Shown: positions 12,153 through 23,670 of the stretch, in pieces
Layout: the number at the start of each line of letters is the position of its first letter
Position numbering within the stretch: the first letter of the stretch is position 1
Origin: Epithemia pelagica
Lineage: Eukaryota; Protista; Bacillariophyta
Direction of reading: 5' to 3'
Assembly (NCBI GenBank): GCA_946965045.2
Contig: OX337242.1
Span: 2,542,001 to 2,606,000, forward strand
DNA length: 64,000 nt
Notes under the pieces: generated by a model
The model's database searches: none
Told to the model about the DNA's origin: nothing
Seen by the model: only the letters and a program-made list of their open reading frames with translations
Program-made: the position numbers and the translations under genes

Positions 12153-13961
12153 GATGATGATATTGTTGTCTACGTTGTGGTTTTGCCCTTTTCTCGTTCC
12201 TTTGTTCCAATTCTGACGATGATACCAGAATGGTTGGAACTGCAAGCACTTTGGTTCGTGTAGAGGTAGTCCACCAAAGACGAAAACTGCGAGAAAAATG
12301 GGAGGCTTGTGTTTTGGAGAGTTGTGAGAAAGGTATATGGAGAAAAAGTGATACGCAATGACACAATGACACGAAAGGAATCGCTGCAGAGTAGACGCGA
12401 AACGAGAAGCACCTTCTTTTATTATATGTGCAATTGTGGTTGTTGTGTGTGCCAACTATATTCAGAGAGGCTTCATCGTCTTTCAAAACAGACGCATCCA
12501 TCGGATGCGTACAGGCAACAATGTGAGAGGGGCTCATCTCAAGGAGTGGAAGGCATCTCAACCAATCTTGGTGTATAACTCGAAAGCACATGAGTAAATG
12601 ACCCGAAACGAAACAAGATTTGGTTGGAGAATCATTCCACAGGTTCAACAAAACCATCAAAAGAATTGCCCACTGAGCCTATCCCCCGGTAACAGGGTGG
12701 TTGGGGGACTCCTTACCATCTCGCGACACTCATCGTGATATGCGAAAATCGAAAGGGGATCCATCCCAAACTCCAAATAAATTTGGGCTGCATTCAAGTT
12801 CTGGATAATTCAGTCCACGTCATTTTATCTTTTCTATAAGATTCTGACTGGGGGACTCTCGGATGTTTATCGGGAAGGATGTTGTTACTTAACCGCACCA
12901 TCACGAAAATGAGAGGCACTACAATAATAGTTTCCCCACGAATGAGTTCACGAATATTTGCGATCTACCAGGGCCGGACGTCGTGTTCTGAACGGCCAAC
13001 CACACTGGAGGTTCGCATTTCTCCGTTCCAGAAAATAAACAGTCTGGAGTGAGACTGCTGAACGGCCAGAGCCAAACACGGCGATTTTGAGGAGGTTCTC
13101 CTTTTCCCGTTCCAGTAAATAATAGTAAAATGACTCTCTACTCCTAGTTAGCTACCCGGGCTGTCATTGGTCACGGCATCATAAACTGTCGATTCCAGAT
13201 TCCAGAGGCAAGGCCCAGTTCCAGTGAGAACAGACGTTGTGGATTCGGCGCTTTGTGAAGAAGGCCTTATTCGAAATGTGATGTTGCATTGGGCACGGTT
13301 GCATGGCGGCAGATTCCGGACCACAAACTGTCCCCGTGCCTTTTTTGGCGCTTCCACATGACAGCCATTGCTTGCTGGCATGAGTCTTCTTTTATACTAT
13401 TACACTACTGGACAACCAATCCCGAACATCTCGAGCCTCTCAACCTCGCCATCTGGTCTCTTGCGTGACAACTATTTTTGTGTCGTGACGATACGCGTCG
13501 GTGTTTTGTTTTCCTTCATTTCTTGCGGCTCAAGTCATTTGGTAACCATCCGTTCGGAAACAATACGCGACAACACGGTTCGTCTCATTACCGTTTTCCT
13601 TTTCTTTTGCTAGAACGAATCGACCTTGGTCGTTTTCTCTTTATCTGGATGAGGAACAGCATGGCTTTCCCTCTCTTTTTTCGACCATGGTACCAGGTAC
13701 CTACACAGCACTCCTTTCGAAACGAGTCGTTTACGATACCATCCTACCGTGTGTGTATCCGGTAAAACGGCGTAAAGGACAACAAGTGAATACCAACTGT
13801 ATTCTAGATTTGTTCATAATCATATTGTGATCTTTACATGAATTTGTTAACGTCGTTTCTGTTCAACATGAATCCACAAATAATGAACCGTCGATCCTTC
13901 CTTTTGCTCTTTTGTTTGGTTCCAATAGTAGTCTAGTTGTTGCGCCCATGGCTGGTTCCGC

Positions 13962-14573
13962 TCACACGAAAATTTGTCCTCGAACATCTCCATCCGGATT
14001 GGTCACCGACCGAACATCCAAGTACACCAAGTCTTGACGAATGGCCGCATAGAGAGTGGCAACGTTTTTGATCTCCTCCAAATCTCCACACGGTGTCTCT
14101 AGCGCTATGCTCGTCGTGTCCAAGGTTCCCGCCATCAAAACGCCATCCACCATGGCACCGGTGGGGCTGTTGTCGGTAAACAAGTCGGCAATAACCTCTC
14201 CATTGCTTCCCGCCGGTCCACACCGCAACTGGGCCGACGTAATGCCCACGCCGTCCGCCACTCGGACTTGGAAATTGGCCGTGGCATAGTCCAAGGCAAA
14301 GGACAAATCCAACCGAGCTCGGGTTGCCGTTTCCACGGCGGGTTCCACGACGACTTGGGCCCCCGAAGCAAAGGTTCGGCTTTGCGCCAGGCGAATGCTG
14401 GAAAACTTGGCTTTCTGTGGCTTGTAGTAGTAGTACTTTTTGTGCCCTTGGACCGGCGTCGAACCCTCCAGCACGGTCCAAAGGAGCAACAACAGGACCA
14501 AAAGGACGGAATGCGGCTTCGTCGTAGTTCTCATTCTTGGTGTGGCGGTGGTTCTAGTCGGTACGAGTTTCAT
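13962..14573 (-). CDS. Secreted CHRD-domain protein
   Basis: Hydrophobic signal (VLLVLLLLLW); CHRD hallmarks GPAGSNGEV and VYLDVRSVTNPDGDVRGQI. Confidence 0.8.
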   Translation of the reverse strand: MKLVPTRTTATPRMRTTTKPHSVLLVLLLLLWTVLEGSTPVQGHKKYYYYKPQKAKFSSIRLAQSRTFASGAQVVVEPAVETATRARLDLSFALDYATANFQVRVADGVGITSAQLRCGPAGSNGEVIADLFTDNSPTGAMVDGVLMAGTLDTTSIALETPCGDLEEIKNVATLYAAIRQDLVYLDVRSVTNPDGDVRGQIFV

Positions 14574-15594
14574 GGTTGGTAAGTGCTCCTTCTCGAAAAT
14601 TTTGTCTCTTTCTCTCGAGTGTCTTCAATCCTCCAAGAATTTTTGTGGCTCTATTTTGTGTGTTTTGACACCACCAACTCGAAGATTGGGGGGTTGGGGT
14701 CCATCACCATCCCCATGATCCTGTTGGGATCGGGTCACTATTCCTTGGTTTGGATTCCTCCCTCTCGACAAGAATGACTGGATTCCGAACCCACCGCACC
14801 GACAAACGACAAGAGTCTTGGGTGTTGTCCGAGCAAATCCGCAACGGCCAAGCAGCATCGCAATGTTGTATGTGTCAACGGTACACAACAACAGAGAGAG
14901 TCCATCCTCCACAACCACGACAACACTTGAACCGATCCGTTCCGTCGAGAGAACGAGAAATAGTCACCAATCGTGTGTCTTTGGTCAAACTCGAACGGAA
15001 AATGTTTGTGTGATCGACCCTCATTTCTCTCTAGTAGTTTGTGGGGAACCTAGATTTGTCAGTGAAACGGGGCTGTTGTCTTTCAATGTCCCCAACGTGC
15101 ACCGTTGTTGTCCAATAGAAATCCTTTGGGAATCTTGTGTGTCTCAGTCGCTTTATCCCTGTAATGCGACCATCCATGGAATCTTGCGGGACTGGGGTCG
15201 GGTCGTGGTGAATATCAGTCGCACGGAGTGTTATGATTGGCCATGCCATGTCTGGGTAATCGACCCAGGACCATTCCATGACCATTTGATTGGCCCTGTA
15301 TGTCGCCGACACTTACTCCAAGTCCTACAGTCAAAGTCGTGACTACTTCTCTTGTACGGACAACCGCGCGTCGCTGTACAAAAAAAGATGGCATCCAACC
15401 AACCACACACGTCGGCCGTGCAATAATCCATCTGCACCACACGACAGGCTCACAAAAAAGGAACCAAAGATTCCGAATATCCCAAGCACAAGCAGAGGGC
15501 AACCAAAGACGGCGGTGCAAGCACAAGAAGTTCCAAGGCAAATCTTTGAGAAAAAGAAAAAAGAAGAAGAACAACGAGAGTAGAAGCACCGACC

Positions 15595-18500
15595 ATGAAC
15601 CAGTATCGAGAGGAATTCCTCAAGGGCTTTACGGAGCAGCGGTTTCCTCGCCAGGATGCCACACCACCCACGTACACCATTGGTGGTGCTCTCTTGTCGA
15701 TTGGCAGTTTACTCTTGCTGAGTGCGAGCAGTCTGTACATGGCGCAGCTCTTGAATCAGCCATCCGTGGCCTTTCATTTGACCAAAAATCAGGCCAATCG
15801 GTGCAGTGATCAGGACCCCGTCTTTGCCTCCCTCGTGTGTTATGTGGAACATGTCGTTTGCTTTTTTCCACACGTGTTGTACACGGAAGATACCAAGGCT
15901 CGATTCTTTGACGATTGCCACAAATCCGTCTTGGCGGGTTCCTATTCTACCGAGGAACCAGCTGGTGCTCTCTGGGGACTGCTGCCCTACTATTTTACGA
16001 TTTATGGTGCCACCTTGGGCTGCATCTTTGAACTGGGCTTGTTGTTGACGGGTCATGCCTTTCAACAATCGCTCAATCGGTATACCATTTACATTGTCCG
16101 ATTGCGATTGCTCAACATTGGCCCCGTTGTGGCGTCACTCTTCTTTTATGCCACGGCCCTCATGATCCCGACCAGTGATGTGCCCTTTCTCAAGATACTA
16201 CTCTACAGTGCCATTTTCATGGTCGTGGCCTTGTCTGTTGGTTTGTATTGGGGTGGATACCGAGTCTTGGGTGGGATGGACATGTTGCCCCTCGTTGTGT
16301 TGGGGATTCAAGTGGTGGAATTTCTCTTTGTGGTACGTATCGATATATATGTCTGTGTCTGCGAACAAGTGAACGAGAGAGGAACTGCTCACCTCGGTGT
16401 CTTTTGTTGTTGTTTGTGAAGATGACACGCGATCCGGTTGCGGGTGGCACGGCCGTCAAGTATACCTTGGCCCTGGCGCCCGTGTTTCAATTGTTGGCCT
16501 TTTTGCAAACCACGGAAACTCCCCTCCAGAGTTTTTGGTTTCATATGTTGAGTTCCATGGGAGCCGTGTGCCTGTATTTGGCTCTCATGTTGGCGGGCAA
16601 CAGTGGGGACGACACGATCGGGTATGCTGTGGAACAAGCCATTTTGTACAAGGAACCACACCAACGTCAATATCCCTATGTCCTCTTCACCATTGCGGTG
16701 GCCGTGTTTACAGTATTCAAAACCTTTCCGCTCCTGTATGAAACCTTTCGGTCGGAAATCAGCTACATGGTTTGGTCTCTCCTATACTTTATCTTGGTTG
16801 GAAATCCATCTCAACCGGCCCCCCAAGTCTCTGGGACAAGTCTACAAAACAGAAGCTCCCAAAACCGTCACCCTCCAACCCTATTCCGAGTCGCATCCCT
16901 ACCAAGTGGCCGCCAACATGGCCGTTCCGGCCATTACGAATGGTCTTCCACAGACAACCTTGGAAAATGCGGGTGCCCTTATCCAAAAGGTGACAAAACT
17001 ATTTGGTCTCATTGCCAAATTGGATCGGTTCCTTCCCCAAGCCAATATTGAAACACCCTTGAAATACAAGGTCCGACTGGGAGTGGCCGAAGATGGTCAA
17101 AAATGGTATCCCTCTGACGTCTTTTCCTTTCCCATTTTCCAGTTCCCGACCATGGGCAAGAAATTGCAGTATGCACCGCAACCTGCCGTGGATAGTTTCA
17201 AGGAAGGTCAATATCTGGCCTATCTTTGTCAATTTGGCATTGGCAATACCTTTCTGAAACGGGCCACAGAAACTGCATCCTATCCCTTTTTTTAACTGGT
17301 TGCATCGGACAAAAGTAGTAGTAGTAGAAGTAATGCTGCTGCGACAAAACCCGGATTGGTTGTGGACTTTCGTCCCTTGGAACAATACGAAGAAAAGGCG
17401 GACTATGAACCATATGGGGGTATTGCCTACTTTGTAGTCAACAAGAACAACAACTTGCAGCTCCAATGGGTCGTGACACCCCGTACCGAGGACAAGACCA
17501 TGTTGGATAAAAAAGACGCCACCTTTCGTCGGGCCGAGGCCATGATTGTATCGTCTCTTTACTTTTCGGTGGTTGCCGGCAAACATTTGGCCGAAATTCA
17601 CATGACGTATGTCTGTTTTGTCGCATGTTTTGTTTGGTTCTTCACGTGCCGCTGGAGACTAACCCTATTTGCTTGTTTTTCGACACTACTCACAGGTACA
17701 ACTTATTGGAGGTTGCCAACATTAACATGTTTGACCATGCCTTGAACTCGCGGAGGGGAACAAATGCTCAAGGTGGTTTGGATGACTTCAATGGTCACCC
17801 TCTCCGGGTCATGTTATACATTCACTTGTTTTCGCACGGCTTGGCCGAAGAACTCACGACGGAACACTTGGTGCAGGAAAATGCCGTCTTTTCTCAAGTG
17901 TTTTCCCTCAAATACGAGGCCCTCACCACCTACTTGACGGGCATTTACAACCGATTTACATTCGCGTCGGATGAAGATTTTGAAGAACGTGAAAGTGTCA
18001 ATCAGTTACTCACGGGGAATCCGGTTCTCGATTACGCCTCGAATCCGAGACCCCCTTTACCAATCAACTGCAATGGGAATCGGAATACTACGCGATTTTC
18101 CACGCCTACGCGAGCAAAATCCTGAGAGCCGTGTATCAGGGCAAGGATGAGAACGTGAGGAACGATGCGACATTGAAGAACTATTACCAAGCCTTGGAAG
18201 GATTTTTCCATACACTACCGACGCGTTACGACCAGTTTCAAACATTGAAGGGTGTCATTACCTTTGCGGCCGATTCCATTCATCATTTGGTGATTCGACA
18301 TCAGTTTTATGGGACCACAGCCATTGCCTCCGCCACGGACCCTCGATTGGGGAGCACGCAGACATGTAAGGACGGCGGCCCACCTGCCGTGGACGAATGG
18401 CGTTCTTTGGCCTATGTGGCCTTGGCCACAGCCTATGCCAACTTTGTTCATTTGGTGTACGATCCAGAGGATTATCCCGATGAAAATCCCAATGCTTCTG

Positions 18501-18775
18501 ATCCTCTTCTCAATGTCTTTGAAGACGCCACGCCTGTCCCACTCATTGCCGGTGAGCCGCCACTTACAAAAAGGAGACTGATTAGTACCATGAGGGAGGC
18601 TTGGGACACTATGCAAACCAAACTGAAAGACCTTCAAGTCCAGTGGACGTCGGCCAACAGATCCACATCAAATGATACCGATAGGGAACCCGACCGAAAC
18701 ATCTATCGGGAAGATGTCAATTACAGGTATTTCCGTCCCTTACCTTTTGACATTCACACGGGTCCAGGATACTGA
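15595..18775 (+). pseudogene. Multi-pass membrane protein fused to a lipoxygenase-like domain; disrupted as assembled
   Basis: Introns 16333-16421 and 17607-17695. LOX motifs FRRAEAMIVSS...KHLAEIH, HPLRVMLYIH and IHHLVIRHQF. Lesions: extra base in C6 (16819-24), in-frame TAA (17293-95), missing base near C5/T3 (18051-58). Confidence 0.7.
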
Positions 18776-19170
18776 ATGGAATGGAATGGAATGGAATCTA
18801 TGGGGAGGGATAGCAAGCTGTTTAACTGTAACCGGTGCAAAAGCCGCTCGTAATCGCAATCGTTGCCGCTTTATACGCCTTCATATCTTTCTGCTGTCCA
18901 AATATATCGCTATATTTCTCGCACGTTATCGATAGGTGACCGATGAGAAGTATTATTTTGTTCACCGGAAAATCTCAAAACAATCTGCGAGCCCGGCGTG
19001 CCTGCGAACAATAGTACTCTACACCCAATTCAACGTTTACCGTTACGGTTCAGTTCGCATCGCCAGAATCTACCTCCAAGACAAGATACCCATGGGCTTG
19101 GGACATCCATAATCCCTTTGGTCCGCTCCCGAAGAGTGAAACTCCTTACAGACAGTGCCAGGATAAGATC

Positions 19171-20025
19171 ATGTCCGGAAGAGGCAAAGGAGGCAAAGGT
19201 CTCGGCCCTGGTGGCACCGATAGAGGTGAAGACAGCGATCCCTTGACATTCATTATTATAATCGGCTTTATCTTTCTGGTGATTGGATTCTTGTCACGGC
19301 TACTTGGCCGACGTGCCAAACGCCGTTTGAATCCAGGAACTGGCGAGGCACAAAGCAAGTGCCATCTCTTTGCTTCGGATACAAAAGATCCAACACTTGG
19401 TCACATGAAGGATGAATCACCAAATGCTTCTCTCATTACCGTTCAGGCAACCTTTCAGGAAGTGATTGGTAGCATGGAAGACGGAACAAACTTTTCGTCC
19501 GATACTCTTCGAACCATGTACATTTCCTTATTGTCGGGTCTGGTAGATTCAGACAGTGAGGATCCACAAGACTTTGATATTGACCAAATGGTTGATGAGG
19601 CAATGCGTTTGATTGATACCAATCAAGATGGTACAATTGATTTGTCTGAAATGCAAAGCATTCAGTTGCCTCGTCAATCCGGAGAATTCATCTTTGACGA
19701 CGTGGTGGCCTGCTCCGACACGACCTCTTCTTCTTCCTTGACCGCATCGGGGGAAACTTGTGTCACGGCGGACCAGGTGGTGGACTTTCTCAATGTGTTC
19801 TATGGAGGAGCTCAAGTTGTGAGTCCCGAATTGGCCCAGCACATTCGAGAGACGAGTGGACCGGATACCTGTTATACACGAGCGGAATTTGATGCAGCTT
19901 TTTCCACTCCTTCTGGTGCCCTGTCGGCAGCCTTTTCGTTTTCGGGACCGGAACCTTCCTTCTTGTCCTTTGCCATTCATTTTGGAGCGGCCTTGCTAGT
20001 CTTTTGGTTGGCTTCTCCCTTTTAG
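19171..20025 (+). CDS. EF-hand/4-Cys membrane-anchored family member 1, with histone H4-like N-terminus
   Basis: 284-aa intronless ORF; [12 protein letters not shown]; TM helix; EF loop [12 protein letters not shown]; hydrophobic C-terminus; paralogous to three other ORFs in the window. Confidence 0.85.
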   Translation: [284 protein letters not shown]

Positions 20026-20280
20026 AGAAGACGCAATGAGAGTTACAATGTCCATGTCCTCCCCTTTTAGCGTTTTAGCCATTGTAGTCAACTGGACAGA
20101 ACGAGATTGGTAGATTGATTTCTTTAAGTTCGGTGTTATCTTTCTGCATTTTGTACAGGTAGATCTGTGTGGTTCATGTCGTTGAAGCGCCATCCGCTTT
20201 TCTAGTGCGCAAATCAGAGTCACCACATTGGAATGCTGTGACAATTGGACCTTTTCTTCCAATTCAAGACAAACAAGCGG

Positions 20281-21080
20281 ACGTTTCCAGGGTCATTCTT
20301 CCAGATGAGAACACTCCTCGGAGACTTGGAGTTTCATTGTCATTTCTGGGAGGACGCTTTCTTCGTGGTCTGGTTTTCATTGAATGCCAATCACGAGAAA
20401 AGAAAAAAATCCCGAAACAAGCAAGACACGTTGGTTCCACTGCGATAGCACAATCGGTTGGGAAGATGAGTGACTGTGTTCATTCCAAAAGTCTCAGTCG
20501 GTGAGGATCATGAAGAACACGATGAATGCGACACACAAAAGGAGTATTGAGTGAAGAAAGGATCGAGCGAAGCGAGTGTCAGTCTTCCCTTCTCTGACGC
20601 AAGTGCCGAACATGGAACATGGCACCCACTGAGGAACCTTCCTGCCTTGGAAAATGTTGAACTAGATGCAATTGTGTCTACCGTCAAGACGCCTTTTCTC
20701 CTGAACGTTGATCATCTGAAAAAGATCGTGTCTACTTGATCCAACGAGAGAATGAGTAGGCCATGCGGTGCCAGAGAATTAGGGTTCCAAGCCAGAAGAG
20801 CGGCAAAGCGTTTCCGTCGTTGGCTCTCGTCATCATTGTGATCGGTTCCCAGAACGATTTGAAGTTTCGCCCGGAGGACGTTGGCATCGCGCATGCATGG
20901 ATTTGTCACATGTACTATTACTTAGTCTTGGTGCTGAGTTGGGGCACTTGCGTGACACGCGTGCAAGCGCTCACATTCATTCCCGCTCACAAAATGACGC
21001 CATGGGACTGGAAACCTTAAAAATCAAGAGGGTACAACGGGAATTTGCCACTGCACTCGCCCTTGGACCATCTCGTCGTA
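20281..21080. repeat. Diverged dispersed repeat; second copy at ~31661-31962 plus 38593-39070, split by Copia-2
   Basis: Shared blocks such as gagacttggagtttcattgtc and acgccttttctc(c/a)tgaacgttgatcat...gaatgagtaggcca...ccagaagagcggcaaag. Confidence 0.7.
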
Positions 21081-21344
21081 TTCCACTTTGTTGGCCTCCC
21101 AACCCAACAAAGTACGATCGTGGAACCTCTTACGAGAGACCTGAATTCAACCACAGACCGCTGAGAGTCTCACCACTCGACCAAATCACGAAGGCAAAAG
21201 AAGGAAACACCTTCCATGTGAAGATCCCCTGATACTCATAGTAGCACCTAGAAACCGAGGTCTACGAGCGCACACTACCTAAGTTCCAGGTACGTAAGAA
21301 AACAAATAATATACTATGATTGAGCTTTTGCATAGAGTCTACTC

Positions 21345-22574
21345 TTAGTCAGTCCCAACACTTGGGTAGAAGGCCAAATTATTCTCCAAGCGCTGAACAT
21401 GATCTTTCGACAGTTCCAGTTCCTCGGCCCTTTCCAACAAAGTTGTGCATGCCCATCTTCCATCGTCCATCTGACCTGCATAGTATGCCAGCGTACACAG
21501 TTCATCAAGCAAAGTTGAGAGATGAGCGTCGACATTCACAAATAAGGAGTCATTTGGGCGTGGAATCTTGACGCCAATTGACGCAAAAATGTACCCCTTT
21601 ACCAAGTCATTCTTTCCATGAAAATATGAGGCCAACGCCAAGAGAGGTTCCACTCGACTAGGCCGCATTTGATAAGCCTTCAAGTAGGAACTGACAATGA
21701 GACCTTCATCAGCATTCATTCGCACATACGTTTGTCCAATCTGGTACTGAGCAAAGAATGTTTCTTGATCCCATCCTGGCATTTCGACACGCTTCTGAAA
21801 TGCTTCAAGTGCTTTTTCGTGATGCCCAGCGTCAAGATACGATTGTCCCAAATAGTACATACTTCGTGGATCGTAAGGATTCCGGACTAGATCTTCTTCC
21901 AATACCGAAGCATCACGCAAGAACTTTTCCTCGGTGGTTACGTTGACGGATCGTCCGCCTTCACCAATATTGACTTTGATATAGGCATCCTGTCGTACTT
22001 CGAACTCATGGTTCTCAGGCATAGCTTTATTCCATAAGTACTCGTGTACAACGCCTTCCCACTGCCAGCCATTGGATACTCCAATGTTGATTAGATTATG
22101 GAGGGGGTACCTCAAGCCGTATGACCGTTTCTCAAGTTCGTAGGACATGTTTGGCATAAGGGACTCTAAGAAAGAAGTTGCGTTTTCAACGACAAGCTCG
22201 TCATCGGCATCAATGAAGAGGGCCCACTGAGAATTGCAATGTTTCATGGCGAGCTCCAAGGCTTGTTGGCGATTGACACCAAAATTGACCCATTCCTGTT
22301 GATAGACTTGACCGTCAATTCCGTACCGATTCATCTCGATGGGAATTTGCTCAATTGTACCATCAGTTGAACCCGTATCCACAATCACATAATAATCAAT
22401 CACATCCTTCACAGACTCTATCAATCGAGGCATAACGTGAGCCTCGTTTTTCACAATCATGTTGAGGCAAATCCGACGACTGCCAGCGAATGTTTCCTTC
22501 ACGGCCAGTGACCATCCTTGTAGTCCCAGCATCACATGGAAGCAGAGGGAAGCAGTATACCTTAGAGTAATCAT
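21345..22574 (-). CDS. Family-2 glycosyltransferase with C-terminal TPRs
   Basis: CLNMIVKNE, IVDTGSTDGT, FIDADD (DXD), WEGVVHEYL, then TPR-like helices (YYLGQSYLDAG...). Intronless, with an N-terminal hydrophobic segment. Confidence 0.85.
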   Translation of the reverse strand: MITLRYTASLCFHVMLGLQGWSLAVKETFAGSRRICLNMIVKNEAHVMPRLIESVKDVIDYYVIVDTGSTDGTIEQIPIEMNRYGIDGQVYQQEWVNFGVNRQQALELAMKHCNSQWALFIDADDELVVENATSFLESLMPNMSYELEKRSYGLRYPLHNLINIGVSNGWQWEGVVHEYLWNKAMPENHEFEVRQDAYIKVNIGEGGRSVNVTTEEKFLRDASVLEEDLVRNPYDPRSMYYLGQSYLDAGHHEKALEAFQKRVEMPGWDQETFFAQYQIGQTYVRMNADEGLIVSSYLKAYQMRPSRVEPLLALASYFHGKNDLVKGYIFASIGVKIPRPNDSLFVNVDAHLSTLLDELCTLAYYAGQMDDGRWACTTLLERAEELELSKDHVQRLENNLAFYPSVGTD

Positions 22575-23381
22575 ATCAAGCAAGTAATTGGTGGCGTTTA
22601 CAAACACTTCACAGAAAACTGTCGTTTCCGCACGATGCTTCCATTTCCAGGGAAAACAAGTTACGCAGCACGTGAAGTCTTGGTAACTTAGGTTACTTAC
22701 ATAGCATTATCGCCGAACGTAGAGCAAGACTGTCTGTGAGATCGCTAGAGATAGAATAGTATTAATAATTCCCGGTGTCGGTGTCGAGTCCTTTCAAGGA
22801 GGGACCGCCCCGCGCGCAGGGTAGTCTATGTTGGCACAGAGAGTCAGTCAGTATCAGTACGAGTATTGTAGATTGTAGGCTAGCGGAATGGCGAGTCCTG
22901 CTCGTGAATGAGTAAGGGTGCTACTGAGCTCGGGGTCTTTCTTTGAAATTTGAAATGCGAAATCCTCTAAGAAAAAAAAAAGGGAGATCTATTATAACTT
23001 AAAACGCTGCTGCACGCACGCCGCAGAGTAACGCCGACCGACGCGCCGGGCGCTAGGTAGCTACCTAACGCGAGGACTAACAATCGGGAGGAGCTAGCTG
23101 ACAATGATCAGCCTTTCAAAATCCTCTAGGGACTAGGGTATCGGCTTACCAATGCGGCCGCAGTGCCACTGCCACTGCCACCCACATCGGACATCGGACA
23201 TGCCTTTGCGGATCGTTGGATCATCCGCTAAGGAACGGTCGAATTTGCCATTGCCCTTCATCTTCGAGAATGTGAGTATTGGCAAAGATGTCCTTGCCCA
23301 TGCCACCCTCGCTTCCAACTCCAAACAAAACCATTCAGTTTCAACAGCATCAACCACAAGCAGCCACAGCAGCTGCGCCGT

Positions 23382-23402
23382 CCCCCCCCCCCCCCCCCCC
23401 CC
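23382..23402. repeat. Poly-C tract (21 nt)
   Basis: Direct reading. Confidence 0.9.
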
Positions 23403-23670
23403 AACCGGCACTGTGTTCACACAACCACCGATGCCGCAGCGAGCCACGTCTGCTTTGACTGAAGCAGCCGATGCTAATTGCCAATGCGTGAGCCGTCTTG
23501 GCACAAACAACACATCCTCCTTGCTTGGGTGTGACTCACGGCATATCCGATAAGTAGAAATGAATCTAGAGCGTATTATTTTGTTATCTTAGGTGTTTCG
23601 GAACTAATGATTCGTATTGAAATGCAACATGTAGATACTCGATAGTAAGATTTGGATCACCCCTTTCAAT

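Noticed and set aside
17815-17855. Manganese-lipoxygenase-type H-x3-H motif (HLFSH...E)
   Set aside because: This segment aligns with the HP..KLL.PH motif; the real ligands are the upstream canonical H-x4-H (HLAEIH).
19171-20025. A true histone H4 gene
   Set aside because: Similarity ends at residue 17; there is no histone fold, and the rest is paralogous to the EF-hand family.
23152-23553. 133-aa ORF with poly-Pro from the C21 tract
   Set aside because: No recognisable domain; short, with an equally long antisense ORF; likely intergenic.
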